A DNA stretch of 64,000 nt. It comes from Lama glama. Its lineage: Eukaryota. The stretch is taken from contig CM052817.1 of the NCBI GenBank assembly GCA_028534125.1, positions 95,482,001-95,546,000 of the forward strand. Reading direction: 5' to 3'. How positions within the stretch are numbered: position 1 is the stretch's first letter; each line of letters begins with the position of its first letter. Under the pieces are notes generated by a model. That model was not told the DNA's origin. It searched no databases and saw only the letters and a list, made by a program, of their open reading frames with translations. This document shows positions 1 through 11,575 of the stretch, piece after piece. The position numbers and the translations under genes were made by a program.

Positions 1-65
1 TTTTAAAGGGGGTGAATAGATTTTGCATGTGAACAGAAATGCATCTTTGAGAGTCAGAGGGTGGA

Positions 66-514
66 CTAGGGCAGGCAAAATGGCCCCTCCCAAAGATGTC
101 CACACCCCAATCACCAGAACCTGTGAATAAGTTACCTTACGGAGAAAAAGGGACTTAGCAAATGTGATTAAGGTTAAGAACCTTGAGATACAGAGGTGAT
201 CTGGGTGGGCCTATTTTAATCACATAAATCCTTAAGATTCTTTGATCGATGAAATCTTTGACCAAAGTTACTGGCTTTGAAGATGGAAGAAAGGGACCAC
301 AAGCCAGGGAATGTAAGTAGCCTCTCGAATCAGGAGAAGATAAAGCAACGGATTCTCCCATAGTCTACAGAAAGAAATGCTGTCAGCTGACACCTTGATT
401 TTACTCCAGTGAGACCTGTTCTGGACTTCAGACCTGTAGAACTTTAGTATATTTGTGATCTTTTAAACCAAGTTTATGGTAATTCTTTTTACAACAGCAA
501 TAGAAAATGAATAC
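66..514 (+). mobile_element. MaLR solo LTR (MLT1D-like)
   Basis: Typical MLT1 text: aatggcccctcccaaagatgtccac...gacaccttgatttt...ctggacttcagacctgtagaac...acagcaatagaaaatgaatac. Confidence 0.8.
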
Positions 515-599
515 TGTAGTAACAGCTAGCAATTACCATGTTCTACCACTACAGCAAGTGCTTCCCAGATAAGCCTTTCAAGAAAGGAAGCTAAAACAC

Positions 600-1085
600 C
601 TCTGAAATCATATTACATAATCTGGCCGTGGCCACCTCTCTGACCTCATCTCCCACTCTCTCCCTTGATCACTACCATCCACTCACTCTAGTCTCCTTAC
701 TGCCCTTTAAACATACCAAGCGCACAGTCTCCCCTTTTTAGTATGTACTTTCCTTAGATATCCCACACTCGTTTCTCACTTTCCTCAGGTCTCTGCTCAA
801 ATGTCACCTTCTCAGTGAGACCTTCTTTGCTCACCTTATATAGGACAGTACACACCCACCCTCACTTGGCATTCACTAACCCCTAATCCCTAGTTTATTA
901 TCCCATACAGCACTTACACAATCATTTGATACATATTTGTTTGTTTATTCTGTTTTTTCTTGCTCCCTAAATATAAGCTCTATGTGGGCAGGGGCTTTAT
1001 CTGTACTGATGACAGCTTTAGCTGCAGAACTTCAAATAGCATCTGGTACACAATAGTCACTCAATAAATACTGGCAGGAATAAAG
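600..1085 (+). mobile_element. LINE-2 3' fragment
   Basis: ctctgctcaaatgtcaccttctcagtgagacctt...tctggtacacaatagtcactcaataaata, characteristic of the L2 3' end. Confidence 0.75.
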
Positions 1086-1259
1086 GAACACTTAAAAAAC
1101 TACTGGCAGATTATAAGAATTCGCTTATGTTAACATTCTAATGCAAAATACATAGCGCAGAGCAGGGATCATTAGACGATACACATTAATGCTACTTTGG
1201 TTGGGAAACAGACCTGAGTGTACAGATTCAATGCCGTGCCTGTAAGAATGAGGCCATTT

Positions 1260-1527
1260 CCATAGAAAACAAACTTACGGGGTGGGGGGAGAATGGGGTA
1301 TGGAGGGATAAATTGAGAATTAGGGATTTGCAGATATTAACTACTATATGTAAAATGGATAAACAAGTTCATACTGAATAGCACAGGGAACTATATTCAA
1401 TATCTTGTAGTAACCTATAGTGAAAAAGAAGATGAAATGGAATATATACATGTATAAGTGAAACACTATGCTGTACACCAGAAATTAACACATTTTAAAC
1501 CAACTATATTTCAATTACAAAAAAAAA
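1260..1527 (+). mobile_element. 5'-truncated L1 3' end (cetartiodactyl-type)
   Basis: tagcacagggaactatattcaatatcttgtagtaacc...tatgctgtacaccagaaattaacac followed by an A tail. Clearly homologous to 19559-20111. Confidence 0.85.
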
Positions 1528-1689
1528 TGAAAGCCCATTCATTTCTCAAGTGACTTCCTATAATTCTAAACATGGTACACCTTTTCTTAAGGTCATATTA
1601 TAAGCAAAACAGCATATAAATTAATTTTGCATTTTCTTATAAACATAATACATTTTATTTTTTTAAAAAGATAATTGCTACCTACATTT

Positions 1690-2190
1690 CCCCTCAACTT
1701 TTTAATTCTGAAAAATTTCAAACTTACGGAAGATTTGAAAGAAAAAACTGCAATTAACATAGTGCCATATTTTCTCTATACACAATTTTTTTTTGGCCTA
1801 GGTTACCTGAAAGCAGTTTGCAGATATCATGCATGCTAAACATTTTAGCATGCATCGCCTAAGAACAAAAGCATTTTTCTAATAACCTTAATATTATTAT
1901 CAGACCTGAAAAATGTAAGTCAACAATGTAATTCCATGTTCAAATTTCCCCAATTGTCCACAAACTCTCCTGTGTAACTTTTAAAAAATTCATACTCCTA
2001 TCCAATTCATGGTTGCCCATTAATGCAGATCAGATCTTTCTGTCCTTTGTTGTCTGTCTTTCATGATATTGACATTATTGAAAAGTCTAAACAAACCACA
2101 TTCTGCATTGATCTGTTTCCTTACAGATTCAGGCTAAACGTTTTGGCAAGAATGCTTCACCGGTGTGCTTGCAATAATCTGTGTTCTCCT
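1690..2190 (-). mobile_element. Ancient L1 (L1ME/L1MC-like) fragment
   Basis: Homologous in style to 55960-56310 (aaatttcaaacttacggaagatttgaaag...tagcatgcatcgcctaagaacaa). Confidence 0.6.
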
Positions 2191-2241
2191 CAGCATGGAT
2201 GCTAGAATTGTTTGCCAGGCAGCATCTATTACCATTCTGCA

Positions 2242-2415
2242 GGGGGATGGGGGTATAGCTCAGTGGTAGAGCCTGTGCTTCGCATGCACAAGGTCCTCGG
2301 TTCAATCCCCAGTACCTCCATTAAAAATAAACACATAAATAATGTATGAAAATGTCTGCCACAGTACACACAAAGTAGTTAATCAATAAATAGTGGTGTT
2401 TAAAAAAACCCAAAA
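2242..2415 (+). mobile_element. tRNA-Ala-derived SINE (camelid Vic-1 type), copy 1
   Basis: GGGGGTATAGCTCAGTGGTAGAGC...GGTTCAATCCCCAGTACCTCCA head at 2249-2320 followed by an A-rich tail. Imperfect TSD cattctgca / catttctgca. Confidence 0.8.
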
Positions 2416-3559
2416 CATTTCTGCAAAGGACTAATGCTCCATGGAACACAGTTTAGGGAACACTTGGATAAGGAAAAAAATGTGAAATGCACTAAAATGT
2501 TTAAGAGTCTGTAGGGTAAAAAGTAGGTAAGAATTAAAAATCATTTTTAAATTACAAACTTCATTCCCTTAGGTAATGCAAACTGAGCTTTCATAAAAGT
2601 TAACACAACCAAAAACCCTCACCAAACATTGTGCAGACAAGGAACCCCAAGCTTAAAGAAAAGGAGTAACTTCCAAGTTCTATCACTGTATTGACTGCGT
2701 TTAGCAGCTGAGATTTGAAACCAAGTCTGACTACTTACATGTTCTTTCCACTAGACCTTTTACTTCATTTAATCTTATGTTTTATTTTCTGTAATTAACT
2801 ATTCTTGGGTCTACAGTTACTCTAGGGTAAAAGTGGTCTTTTAGTCTAAATAATAATGAAGCTGCTAAGGAAGACTAATTCATTTTTTATTGTTTCATAT
2901 TCAATAAGAATCAACTCACAGCAAGTAACTGAGGAAGGCTTAACCTCTCCCAAATGCATGCAATTATGCAAATCATATGTGGGGACTGGGGTCTTGGCTC
3001 CAGATACTAATTATAATACAGCCCCCATTTATGACCATATCTAGTAGCCATAATTTGATCTTCGCTATTGCCTAAGATGATGGCTTTATTACGTTACAGC
3101 AGACATTTGGGAGACATCAGTTTTACCTAAAAATTCTAGAATTCAATTAAGCTCGGGTTTTATTACTTCTTACAGGATCTAACAGGTTTTCCAAAAAATT
3201 AGTTACCTTTCTGACCCGGAGAGAGGTAACAAATATTAAGCAATAGATAGAGCCTTTCCCCCTCTGTCGACTTTGCGAGAGCGGTGAGCGTGGGTCCTTG
3301 CTTTTGGTACAAGTTTGAAAATATTAATCAACACGAATGAGTAACTTAAGAGAAAAAAATGCTAGTCCTTCAGCCGTTAAAACCCACGCCATGCTTTTAA
3401 AACTTGAGCTGCATTTCAACGGAACATTACTGAGCATTTACTCCAATAGGCTGGAAATCGCTTTGAGGAATCTGAATCCCCTTAATTTCACCGGACTGTC
3501 AAACGTCCCATGTCTCGCCCTCCACCCGATACTTTCAGGTTTGCAGGGAGAAAAGGAAA

Positions 3560-4200
3560 CAGGTCTCCGTATGTGGGCCGTCGCAAGACGCGGGAGCCCG
3601 GCTGGACTCGGGCTCCACCTCCCGGGCTTCGCGAAGCGCCAAGGCCGGGAAGGGATGGCCATAACCCTCCACCTTTGGAGGCGATCTGGACCTTAAGGGA
3701 AGCAAAAGCTACCCGCAGAGACCGTAAACCGCCGTCTCCCGCGTCACTTCCCCGACGGCTGCCGGACGCGCCGCCCCGTCCCCACCTGCCGCAGGCCCTC
3801 CGGCCTCCAGGCTCACGTGCCCTGCGCCACACGCCGGAATCCCGCGGCCACGTCAGCCGGGACCCAGGCCACGCCCCGCGCCGCCACCCGGCCCCCGGCC
3901 CCCGGCCCCCGGCCCCTCCCGGGCTCCACGCACCGGCGATGGTCGCTGCGCCTGCGCGCCGGCCGGCGCGGGGCGGGGTGAACTGGACAGGCGGAAGGGG
4001 CGGGGCGGAAGGGGCGGCACTTCCGTGGCCTCGGGAGGGTGAGTATGGGGTGGGGGCTGCGCGGGGCGCCCGGAGTCGCGGCCCGGCTCCCGGCTCAGGC
4101 CGCTTGGGGTCCGGCCTCAGCGTCGGGGGCGCCCCCTGGAGGACCTGGGGTAGGGGAAGGAAGAGGAGAATATTGAGTTAGGTGATGTTGAGAGTGCGGG
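3560..4200. promoter_or_regulatory. MMAA: CpG-island promoter of MMAA
   Basis: Abrupt GC/CpG-rich block in otherwise AT-rich DNA. Contains GC boxes (3970-3979, 3997-4006), NRF1-like TGCGCCTGCGCG (3947-3958), ETS/GABP-like CACTTCCG (4018-4025) and E-box CACGTG (3814-3819). No TATA box near the putative TSS. Confidence 0.9.
4000..4038 (+). other. MMAA: MMAA non-coding exon 1 (5' end approximate)
   Basis: Strong donor AGG|GTGAGT at 4038/4039 inside the CpG island. MMAA is known to have an untranslated first exon. The TSS cannot be fixed from sequence. Confidence 0.75.
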
Positions 4201-5506
4201 AAATGTGTGGACAAGCAGGCGTCGGCAAAGTGGGTTCAAAGGGAAGGTCAGTGTGATTTGTCTTTAAAGGAAATTCTCTGTAAACAGCGTTTTGAAAATT
4301 TCATCATTTTGCACAGGTTTATGAGTTTACCGTTGTGCCACAGTAAGGCAGTTTTGTTAAGGTGGCTGGTCTCTTTATCGCTGCCAAACCTGCTGAATGA
4401 TTAACCAGAGGATGGATCGGAAAAAGGAACGATAGTCCAGTGTTAGCTACTACCACCCGAGTGAAATTAAAACTCATCTTTTATGGAATAAAACCCACGC
4501 TATAAAACTAGGGTTCAAACTGAAAGTCCCAAACAGCATCTAGGTTTTGTAAGCTACTATGCCAGGTATGGGCTAGGTCTCTTCCAGCAGACATACTGGA
4601 TTCAAATAAATTTGTATTTCTGATTAGAAAATGAAGGACAACCTAAACCAAAATGGCCTAAACAAAGTCTTTTTTAATTACCTGAAGAGATGTGCCCTAA
4701 TACATATATTTTGGAAAACAAACACTAGCTTTTCCAGGTTGGTAGAGAACCGAAAGTTTCCTAAAAGCCTGTGTGGATTGCTCATCATTTTGGGGACCAC
4801 AATGTTCAGAATATTCTTTTATATAGAAGGAGTTCATACTGTTTTCTGTTCAAGGTAATAAGAAAAAAGACTAGGACAGTTCAGATAAGGGCTGTTTTCT
4901 GTTCTATTCTATAAGGAGAGATAAAACAAAGTGAAGTTATGTAACCATAAGGTATGTAAGTTAGAGCTTGAGATATTTGAAGATGTGTAAAAAACCTGTA
5001 TTTGGCACGGAAAGTGCCGGTGAGTGCTTGAGACATTTGCCCCTCAGCTGATTGTTGCCATGTGGGAATGCGGGTCCCTCATACATAGATCTGATTTTCT
5101 CCAACACAGGCTAAAAACCTGTATTTTTGTGATTTTGTAGATTTTTAATGTTACTGGCAGCCAATTCAGTTATGCATTCACCCTCTGTGGGCCAGGAACA
5201 GCCAGTTTGTGACCTCTTCAGATCACCTGAGTACTCAGAAATAAAGAGTTAAAAGAGGAAACAGTTCCCGGAAACTGATAGGAAGGGATTTAAGAAAACA
5301 GTGGGATTTAAGCTGGCCTGAATAGGAGAGGTGCCACGGAGCTGAAAGGATGTATCAAGTGAGTGAAAATCTCAGTTGGGAAAGTAACGAGCAGGTGTGG
5401 AAGATAATGAGTAAACTTTCCTAGGAGAGGTCCGGAAAGGGCAAGTGCAGCTAAGTGGAAAAAAACTGGTTTGGGAAACCCTTCAGTAGCAGTCTGTCTC
5501 CTTGGG

Positions 5507-5709
5507 CAGTGGTTCATACATTTGTGCATACATCAGAATCACCTGGCAGGCTTTTGAAACAGTGGCAGGCTTTTGAAACAGTGACAGGCTTGGCCCCCAC
5601 CTCCTGAGTTCCTGATTCGGGAGGTCTTGGGTGGGGTCTGAGAATTTCTCATCAGTTCCCAGTTGATGCGGGTGCTGTGGGTCTGGGGACAACACTTTGA
5701 GAACCACTG
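5507..5709. mobile_element. MER5A-like hAT-Charlie MITE
   Basis: TIRs CAGTGGTTC.../...GAGAACCACTG and 8-bp TSD TCCTTGGG / TCCTAGGG. Confidence 0.85.
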
Positions 5710-8700
5710 TCCTAGGGTGTGGGAAACTATTGATGGAATTTGGTGTGGATTAGTGAGGAGATCACATTCATGGCTCTGTGAGTTTTGCTGTGACGTCCAA
5801 AATGGAGGACTGGGGAGGGGAGAGAGAGAAAAGAAGGTTCCTTGCAGTTGGTTAGCCCCTGCTTGATGCCAGCCCCTCTCACGCACGCTGTTTTCATTTC
5901 ATACTTCCTATGACCTGAGATGTAGGTCTTAAGTATTCTCATGTGGCGAGTAGTAGAGATTGCCCAGGTCTTATAGCTAGTCTCAAAGCTCCTTAAGACT
6001 GGTTCAGATTTGAACTAGGGTTCTAGCAGTGGTTCTAAACATTTAATGGTGATGGAATTTAGAAAAAGTCTTCCCAAGAAGACTGAAACCTAAAAGTAGA
6101 AGTGGGGAAATCTTGAGTCTTAACTGGGGAAGTGATAAAAGGTAAAGTGGACAGGGAACTTTAGAACTTCAGTATGTGTTCTGTATTACACTTACATAAC
6201 AATGACCTATTTCAAAGTGCCTTGTTTAAAAAGTCATTCTGTTCCCCCAGAATTTCCTGAAATTATTTGAAAAGGAGAAAGTAAAGCCTTCTGTAAGGGT
6301 AGTGGGAGATGGTAAACAGATCAATGGCATCTGTCAGCCTATCGTCACATCAACAGTGATTGGCAATGAGAAACAGGAACACACGGTATAACACTGCTTT
6401 GCGTGCATGAACTGTGCTGTACCACAGGCACTGACCTAACGTATTGATTTTGGAAATCCTGAATGCTTTTTCTTGCCAGGGCAGTTACTGAAATTGAGAA
6501 TATTCATTGGATCAATTTCAAGACAAATATCCCAAGTCAGATTGGCTGCTGCTGAGCAAATTTTTAATGAAGGAAAACATCCATATATTGAAATCAGACT
6601 TTAAAGAAGGAAGTTCTAAAAATATATTTACACTGTAAACTCTAGAAAAATTTTAAGTTTTCAAACATTGATTAACCAAGTAATCAGCGTAATGGAGTTA
6701 TTGACCCATACAGAATTGCAGCAGATATTCATTCATTTATTCTGTGAGCAATAAACTACGCTGTGGATAGAGCGATAAGTCAGTGTAGGCAAGACTGACA
6801 TCTTAAAAAATGGTCACAAAAAACGTGATCAGCACTGTAATAGAGGGATGTGACCAGTACACGATGAATGGAGATAGAAATGACGACTAAAGGGGTGTGG
6901 AAAGGAGGCCAGGGAACTGTTGATGGAGGAGGAGACTCTTGAGTTGATTCTCGAAGGCTGAGGAGGAATATGTGAGATGATTAAGGAATTCCAATCAGAA
7001 GAAACATCAGGGACCACGGCCAGGATGTATAAAGAGTACAGGCTTTTCCAGGACCCGTGTGCAGATCAGAATGGTTACAGCAATATGGTGAAAGTGGAGG
7101 AGGGAGATCAATTAAGTTGGAGCAGCTCATAAGAGCACTCATGAAGAATATGAAGTATTTATGCAATGACTGCCTTGGCTGGATAGTAACTTTCATGATG
7201 TTAGGAGCCAGGTTGGACCCATATGCCGATGTATTCCAAGGCCTAGCAGAAGGCCTAGCATGAAATAGATTCTCAATAAATAGTTGCTACATGAATGAAT
7301 GGCTGAATCACAGAAAAAAAAAGTTTTTAACAGATAAGGCAGAGGGAACTTTTTAAGTATTTTAATCAGTGACGTAATATAGTCAGATTTTATGAGGATA
7401 AGTGGTAGTATGGAAGATGAATGAATAATGGCTGTAGTAGACCGGGGTATTTCAGACTTAAGATTGTGCCCATTGGTAGATTGCAATCTGCATTTTAAGA
7501 AAAAGTAGAAAAGAGTATTAGAGTATATAACATGCAGTCGGGGTAAATAATGTTTTGTGAAACTTTTGTTTCAGTTATGTACCTCTGTGTTGACTGATGT
7601 AAGTGTATTTCTTCCTATGGACTTCTATCAAAGTTTGAAAGCTGTTAGAGTGGAGAAATGTGGGCCTGATGGTGGAGAGAATGGAATGAATATAGAAGAT
7701 ATTTTGGAGGAAAACAAGTGTGGAAAACAAGCATCTTAAAATGCTGCTGTCCACAGGAACCTTGCAGGGGAGGGGGTGCACTTAGCAACCTGTATCAGTG
7801 TATTTGTCCTCTTACTGTTTTTCATTATTTATAAATAAGTTGACATTCTGGTTTATTAGAAATGCTGATGCTTTGAGGCATCTTACTGTGTGTTGTAAAT
7901 ACTGCAAAATTTGTCTTATTTTGGTAGTGCTTAGTTTAAAATTGTAGGATGGAACCAATTCACTGAAACAGCTTGAGTTAATTCTTGGCTAAGTTCGTTG
8001 CTTTCTTTCCATAAGAAAGCAAGAAGAGGTGCTTAGTTACACGAGCAGGTGGGAAGGCCTTCTCCTCACCTGCAGGATTTTGCCACCCTGTTGGACTTTG
8101 TTCTGCCTGTGACATGTAAATAAGGGCAGAAAGATGCTCATACAAGGCTGAGTTATATTGGCTTTGTAAAATTTTATGGACTCCTTTAAAATCTGGTTGA
8201 TTGATTAAATTAATGGGTTTAAGTCTATTATGCGCTCAGTTATCAGGTGTGAATTATTCTGTGGAGCAAAAAAACATTTAAAAATTTTAGAAATTTGGTC
8301 TGTTCTGTCACTTAATACGTTATCGGGAGCTCCTACTCATAAAGTTTGCACAGAAAATGTAAACTAATTTTTCATTCTGGCCTAAGTAAAAAAAAAAGAA
8401 GAGAGAGAGAAACAAAACACAGATAAACAGCCTGCCATAATCACTCCATACTCAAATGTGAAGGGTCATTTGGTGTCCCTTTAATGTGACATGACACCAC
8501 TCCTTTTTATATGACAGTCTAGAGTCAGCACCATACAAATCGGGATTTATGAAATCTATAGTTTTTCCAAAGTTCTGCCACAATCAACCTAACCTTAGGA
8601 GCCTCACCTATAAAATAGAATCTCATCTACTGTCTTGGGGCTTAGCTGAGGAAACGCACACACGAATGGCTCACACATAGTAAACATCCAGTGAAACGTA

Positions 8701-10176
8701 GCAGCCACTGCTCTGCCATTCATTGGTCCAGAGGGTTTGGGGACACCAAGAAAATCAGCCCTCTGGGAGAGATTGAGGGTATAATATCCTAGAATTATAT
8801 ACATCTGGGTAGCTTTTTGGATTTGGCAAAAGAATGTTGTAAAATGGTATCCTTTTCCTGGCTCTTTCTTTTCATTTAAAGACCTTTTAAGAATTCTGCT
8901 GGCATCAAAGGGCAGGGAACTTTGCAGACCCAAATTGTGATAAACCCTGCAGTGTAAATCTAAAGCTTGTCAGATAGTTGGCATGGATCTTCTGAGAAAG
9001 ACTGTAATTAAATTGTTGCATAAAATCACTATTCTGAATGTTAGCACAAAATCTATATACTATTTATTAGACTGTTTTAATTATCTCATTTATTTAGGGA
9101 ATGCTGTTTGCTTGCCTTATTAAAGTGGACATTATTTTCATCTGCTAATGCTCTTGTTACTGGGCTTTGATTCCTGACAAACCTATCTTTAGGTTTTTCT
9201 ATTTTGGAAGATTAGTTAGATGTCAAAAGTGGCCTTGATTCAAAACAGGGAACTTAGAAGACAGGATGTTTTTAGTAAAGATCCTCAAGTCACACAGGTT
9301 GAGACTGTTACTCAAACTTTTTTTTTTAGTATATTAGATCAACATAAAGTACATGGAATATCTACTCATGAACCTTAAAAAATGATTATTAAGAGGTTGC
9401 CATGTGCCAAGCACTGTGCTAGATGGATACTGAGGAAGTACAGAATAAGGAGTTGTCCTTTCTCTGGGAGGATCGTCAGCCGCGGTGAGGGAGGAGAATT
9501 GAGGGGAAGGAGAAGTCTATAAATAGAGAAATTAGAGAATAAGAAGGCAGGAACTCTGCCTGAGATGTGAACAAAAGGCTGAGGAGCACTGAAGTTAGAA
9601 ACAGTTGACTGCCTGGAAAAAGCGGGGGAAGATGTGTCTTAGAAGAGGTGATATTTGAACTGAGCAGATGTTTGTCAGGCAAAAAGTGGAAGATATGCAT
9701 TCCAGACACCTAGTTTTTATTATAGCATATAGACGGCTTTTTAAAAATCTGCCATGCTCAAAAATGTTTATTAGCCCATGTGCACCACATTATTTCAGAG
9801 CATTGTTGAACTTCAGATCTTAATATGGTGATTCTGATAGAAGTCTCTGTGAATAGAAGCCTAGCTGAAACATGATTATCACTTTTTTCACCTTGCAAAT
9901 AATTTTACTAGGCTTTTTGAGTATATATGTTAATTTTATGCCTAGTTTAGAAATTGACACATAAATACAATTAGATGTAATGCTGATGGTTTGATAACTG
10001 GTTAAATTAAATATTTGCTTCTCATATTATGAGGAAATATAAATGCAGAAGGAAGCAAGTTACTGGTTATAGCAAAGATAAAAATTAAATCATGAATAGG
10101 TATTAGACATCTCTCATTAAAATTATAAAAATTCTAAATTTCATCTTTAAAAAGTGTTTTTTTTAACTATAGCAAC

Positions 10177-10683
10177 TGTATTGGTTTTGCTGCTATAGCA
10201 AATTACCACAACTCAGTGGCTTAAATCCACACACAGTTATTCTTATAGTTCTGGAGATCTGAAGTCTGACATGGGTCTCTCTGGGCTAAAATCAAACCAT
10301 CAGTGGCACTTCCTTCAATCCTGGCAGCTCTCGGGGACAATCCATTTTGTTGTCTTTTCCAGCTTTTACAGACTGCCTGCACTCTGTGGCTCATGGCCCT
10401 TTTACTCTGTCTTCAAAGCCAGCAAGGGTGGATTGAGTCCTCCTCGCCTGGCATCACTCTGCTCTTCTCTGCCACCTCCCTCTCCCATTATAAAGGACCT
10501 TGCTGATGACATTGGGTCCACCTGCATAATCCAGGATACTCCTTTTACCTTAAGGTCAGCTGATTAGCAACCTTAATTCCATCTGCAACTTTAATTCCCC
10601 TCTGCCATGTAACATAACATATTCACAGGTTCCAAGGGTTAGGATGTGGACATCTTCGTGGGGCCATAAATCTGCCTACCACA
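10177..10683 (-). mobile_element. MaLR solo LTR (MLT1D-like)
   Basis: tgtattggttttgctgctatagcaaattaccaca...ggttaggatgtggacatct...ctgcctaccaca, with 5-bp TSD GCAAC / GTAAC. Confidence 0.85.
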
Positions 10684-10849
10684 GTAACATATGATGCTTT
10701 TTAAAAATCAGAAAAAGAATGATCAGCCAAAGCACAATGTATAAGCACCATAATATCACTCATCCATAGACAAAGTTAACAGTTTCACATACGTATTCCT
10801 TCCGGGTGTGTGTGTAAAATTTTATGAAAAATGGAGTCAGCTCTCTTTA

Positions 10850-11575
10850 TCTCCAGGTGCTCCTTTGGTAATCTCATTTGGTCTCTTGGATTTAAATGAC
10901 ACCTGAACACCGGTGATTCTCAAATATACACCTCAGCTCTGACCTCTTCCTGAGACTGATAAATGCAACTGCCTACTCCAGATCCCACTTGAATATTTAG
11001 TAGGCCTCTTAAGCTTAATGTGTCTGAACCTAACCTCAGACCTCACCTCCCACAGTCTTCCCCCGCTCATTAAAGGGCAGCTCCATCTCGACTGTGGCTC
11101 AGGATACAAATCACACCTCTTTTATTAGCAGGTCCTCCAGAATTTATCCAGAATCTGATCTAATACTACCCCCCTCCCCGATCCGAGTCATTATCATCTC
11201 TCATCTGCATTATTGCAGTAATCTCTTAGCTGCTCTTCCCATTTCTGTTCTTGTATCCCACAAGATCCTTTTAAAACAGAAGTCCATCAGGTTCTCCTCT
11301 GTCCCATGGCTGCCCATCTCACTCAGTCCTTCCAGTCCTCTCTAAAGCCCTCCATCTGTTCCCCTCTCTGGCCTTCTCTCTCACACTTTCCTTCTTGCTC
11401 CTTCATGTCCAGCCACACTGGTGTCCTTATTTACATGTCTGGTGTCTGTCTTCCTTTACTAGGATGTTAGCTCCATGGGGGCAAGAACTTTTGTTCAATT
11501 TGATCATCATTGCATCCCCAGTGCTAGACTATCATGTGGCACAGAGTAAATGCTCAAATATTTGTTGAACGAATG
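10850..11575 (+). mobile_element. LINE-2 fragment
   Basis: Ends tggcacagagtaaatgctcaaatatttgttgaacgaatg, with an L2-like pyrimidine-rich body. Confidence 0.7.

Noticed and set aside
3337..4181. Overlapping long ORFs (119, 114 and 223 aa) at the CpG island
   Set aside because: Pro/Arg/Gly-rich low-complexity translations are expected from stop-poor GC-rich DNA. They show no recognisable domain and run through the exon 1 donor.
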